Below, piece after piece: positions 24,478 through 26,180 of a stretch of 26,180 bases of DNA (within the stretch, counting starts at the first letter, position 1; each line of letters begins with the position of its first letter). The position numbers and the translations under genes are program-made. Under the pieces are notes generated by a model. The model was not told the DNA's origin and made no database searches. It saw only the letters and a program-made list of their open reading frames with translations. Source of the stretch: a virus (taxonomy: Duplodnaviria; Heunggongvirae; Uroviricota; Caudoviricetes). The stretch spans positions 1 to 26,180 of IMG/VR virus record IMGVR_UViG_2698536580_000004, one strand, 5' to 3'.

Positions 24478-26180
24478 TGATGAAACCAGTAAAACGCCTT
24501 TACCTTTCAACGGATGAAGTTCACCTGGTGGATGCCAGCCTGGTACTGGAGCTGAACAGCTGTGGCCGGGGCTTCATCACCGCAGAGACAACAACCGATT
24601 ACACCGGAAAACTGGTGCGGCTGGATGTGGGGTATACCGATCTGCTTTTGCGGTGGTTTACGGGGTATGTGGAGCGATCGCAGCCCGCTGAAAACGGTTT
24701 TCAGCGTCTGTTCATTCGTGAGCTGGTAGGTGTGTTTGAAAGGATGTGGCCATGTTCGTTTCAACACCCGACTTTGCGTGAAATTGCGGGCTGGCTGGAA
24801 GAAAACAGCGGGATCACGGTCAGTGTGCCTGATGCACAGTACAGCGATACCCCCATCCCACATTTTACCCATAACGGTACTGGTTATCAGTTGCTGAACA
24901 ATCTGGGCAGGGCGTTCAGTATCCTGGATTACATTTGGTACCAGTTGCCTGATGGTTCGCTTTACGTCGGCGGCGCAGAAAAGTCATTGTTTGCCGGTCG
25001 TTCCGTAGAAATCCCGTCAGAGTTCAGCCAGGGGGCTGCTGGCGGTAACTCTGTGACATTACCAGTGATCCAGACTATGCGGCCAGGGGTGGAGATGAAC
25101 GGTGAACGCGTGACTAAAGTTCACCTGACGAATGATACGATGGCGATCACATGGACGCCGAGAAACCGCGCAACGGGTAAACCTTTGCAGAAAACACCGG
25201 CGCAACGGCAGATTGAAAGCCATTACCCGGAACTGGCATCCGGGCTTCATTTGCCAAAGATGGCCAGAGTCGTGGCGCATTCAGAGCCGGTAAAAAGCGG
25301 TAACTTTGCCGATCCCTTCCGGCCACGTTACGCCGTGGACGTGCAGCTGCTTGACGCAGACGGAAATCCGGACAATCAGACGCCTGTTTATTCAGCGGTG
25401 CCGCTGCCGGTACCAATGGCCGGGTATGATTCAGGTATGTTTCAGTTTCCGCCAGAAGGGACGCTGGTTGAGGTTGCATTCACGGGAGGCAGACCGGATA
25501 AACCCTTTATCAGGCAGACGCTGCCGGATGGTACCAGCCTGCCGGACGTTAAACCCGGTGAGCAATTGCAGCAGCAGCGGGAAGAAGTATCCCTGAGGGT
25601 GACTCAGGCGGGTGACTGGGTAAGGCAGACCGATCAGACCATCAGCGAAACATCAATGGTGCGAACCGTGAAAGCCGATACAGAACAGCGCGAACTGGTC
25701 AGCCGTGAAACCACAGTGAAAGCCACGGATAAAACCACGGTACTGGGAACCGCCACACTGCTGGCCGGAGCCATCCAGCAGGTAAGCGCCGGTGATTATA
25801 GCCAGGCGGTGAAAGGTAACAGGCTGGCCAGTATTGAAGGAAACGAAGAAACGGACATAGCAGGACAGCAGTCCACTAAAGTGGGCGGAGCTGTAGCCGT
25901 GGAGGTTGGCGAAAGCCTGACAGAGAAGATTGCCGCACTGCGTAAATCAGTGGCCGCTGGCGGTCAGCAGGTCATGGGGACAACTGTCCATATTGGCAGT
26001 GAGAGTATCAATGCCCTGACCATGATGCTGGACACCATTGATTTGCTGGCAGAACTGGCAAGGCAGTGCGCCAGTCACTCACACCCCAGCGTTGGCACAC
26101 CGACCAATGCGTCATCATTTACTCAGACTGCTACGAAAGCCGGAGAAACCCGGAGCAAGTACCAGAATATTATCGCCTGA
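24477..26180 (+). CDS. baseplate central hub/spike protein (gpV/VgrG-like OB-fold and apex)
   Basis: 567 aa; GMFQFPPEGTLVEVAFTGGRPDKPFI matches the spike OB-fold signature (G..F.P..G.EV.V.F..GD...P.I); C-terminal CASHSHPSVGTPT resembles the HxH..G.T apex motif of gpV-type spikes. Confidence 0.55.
   Translation: MMKPVKRLYLSTDEVHLVDASLVLELNSCGRGFITAETTTDYTGKLVRLDVGYTDLLLRWFTGYVERSQPAENGFQRLFIRELVGVFERMWPCSFQHPTLREIAGWLEENSGITVSVPDAQYSDTPIPHFTHNGTGYQLLNNLGRAFSILDYIWYQLPDGSLYVGGAEKSLFAGRSVEIPSEFSQGAAGGNSVTLPVIQTMRPGVEMNGERVTKVHLTNDTMAITWTPRNRATGKPLQKTPAQRQIESHYPELASGLHLPKMARVVAHSEPVKSGNFADPFRPRYAVDVQLLDADGNPDNQTPVYSAVPLPVPMAGYDSGMFQFPPEGTLVEVAFTGGRPDKPFIRQTLPDGTSLPDVKPGEQLQQQREEVSLRVTQAGDWVRQTDQTISETSMVRTVKADTEQRELVSRETTVKATDKTTVLGTATLLAGAIQQVSAGDYSQAVKGNRLASIEGNEETDIAGQQSTKVGGAVAVEVGESLTEKIAALRKSVAAGGQQVMGTTVHIGSESINALTMMLDTIDLLAELARQCASHSHPSVGTPTNASSFTQTATKAGETRSKYQNIIA

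Larger units (their letters stand above)
1..26180. mobile_element. P2-like prophage (partial; window starts inside the integrase and ends at the stop of a tail spike gene)
   Basis: Gene order int, C, cox, early genes, replication, ogr, Q, P, O, N, M, L, tail module matches an integrated P2-type genome; dense packing with overlapping stop/start codons. Confidence 0.85.

Noticed and set aside
1-26180. tRNA, rRNA, CRISPR arrays, attachment sites
   Set aside because: No array-like direct repeats with spacers, no cloverleaf-like candidates in the few non-coding gaps, and the att site should lie left of position 1 beyond the integrase 3' end, outside the window.

Overview
The window is almost entirely one P2-like (peduovirus-type) prophage, read from the sequence and the ORF track without any database search. 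Layout: the window opens at the 3' end of a damaged tyrosine integrase (-), followed by a P2 C-type repressor (-) divergent from a Cox-like gene (+) across a 101-bp switch region. The early region (+) holds a hypothetical gene, a DEDDh 3'-5' exonuclease, a small hypothetical gene and an 885-aa zinc-ribbon/TOPRIM/P-loop primase-helicase. A short AT-rich cargo segment with two coupled small ORFs ends at a bidirectional terminator. On the minus strand sit an Ogr/Delta-like zinc-finger activator, the portal and the large terminase. On the plus strand follow scaffold, major capsid, small terminase, a 63-aa ORF, a structured terminator-like element and head completion. From there to the window end runs one stop/start-overlapping late operon: tail completion, putative sheath and tube, an embedded lysis cassette (holin, M15 endolysin, overlapping spanins), a tail chaperone with a clean -1 frameshift extension, tape measure, baseplate proteins, a His-repeat tail fibre, fibre assembly protein, two unknown proteins and a hub/spike protein. 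I saw no rRNA, tRNA or CRISPR array. I did not find a clearly recognisable novel system. The best candidates for undescribed function are the two unknown genes at 23235-24477 and the small cargo ORFs at 5490-6026, both at positions matching known P2 accessory hotspots. The most secure sequence-level observations are the integrase lesion, the frameshift site and the fibre repeats. Functional calls rest on motifs I could read directly and on synteny; sheath, tube and several baseplate calls are positional only.
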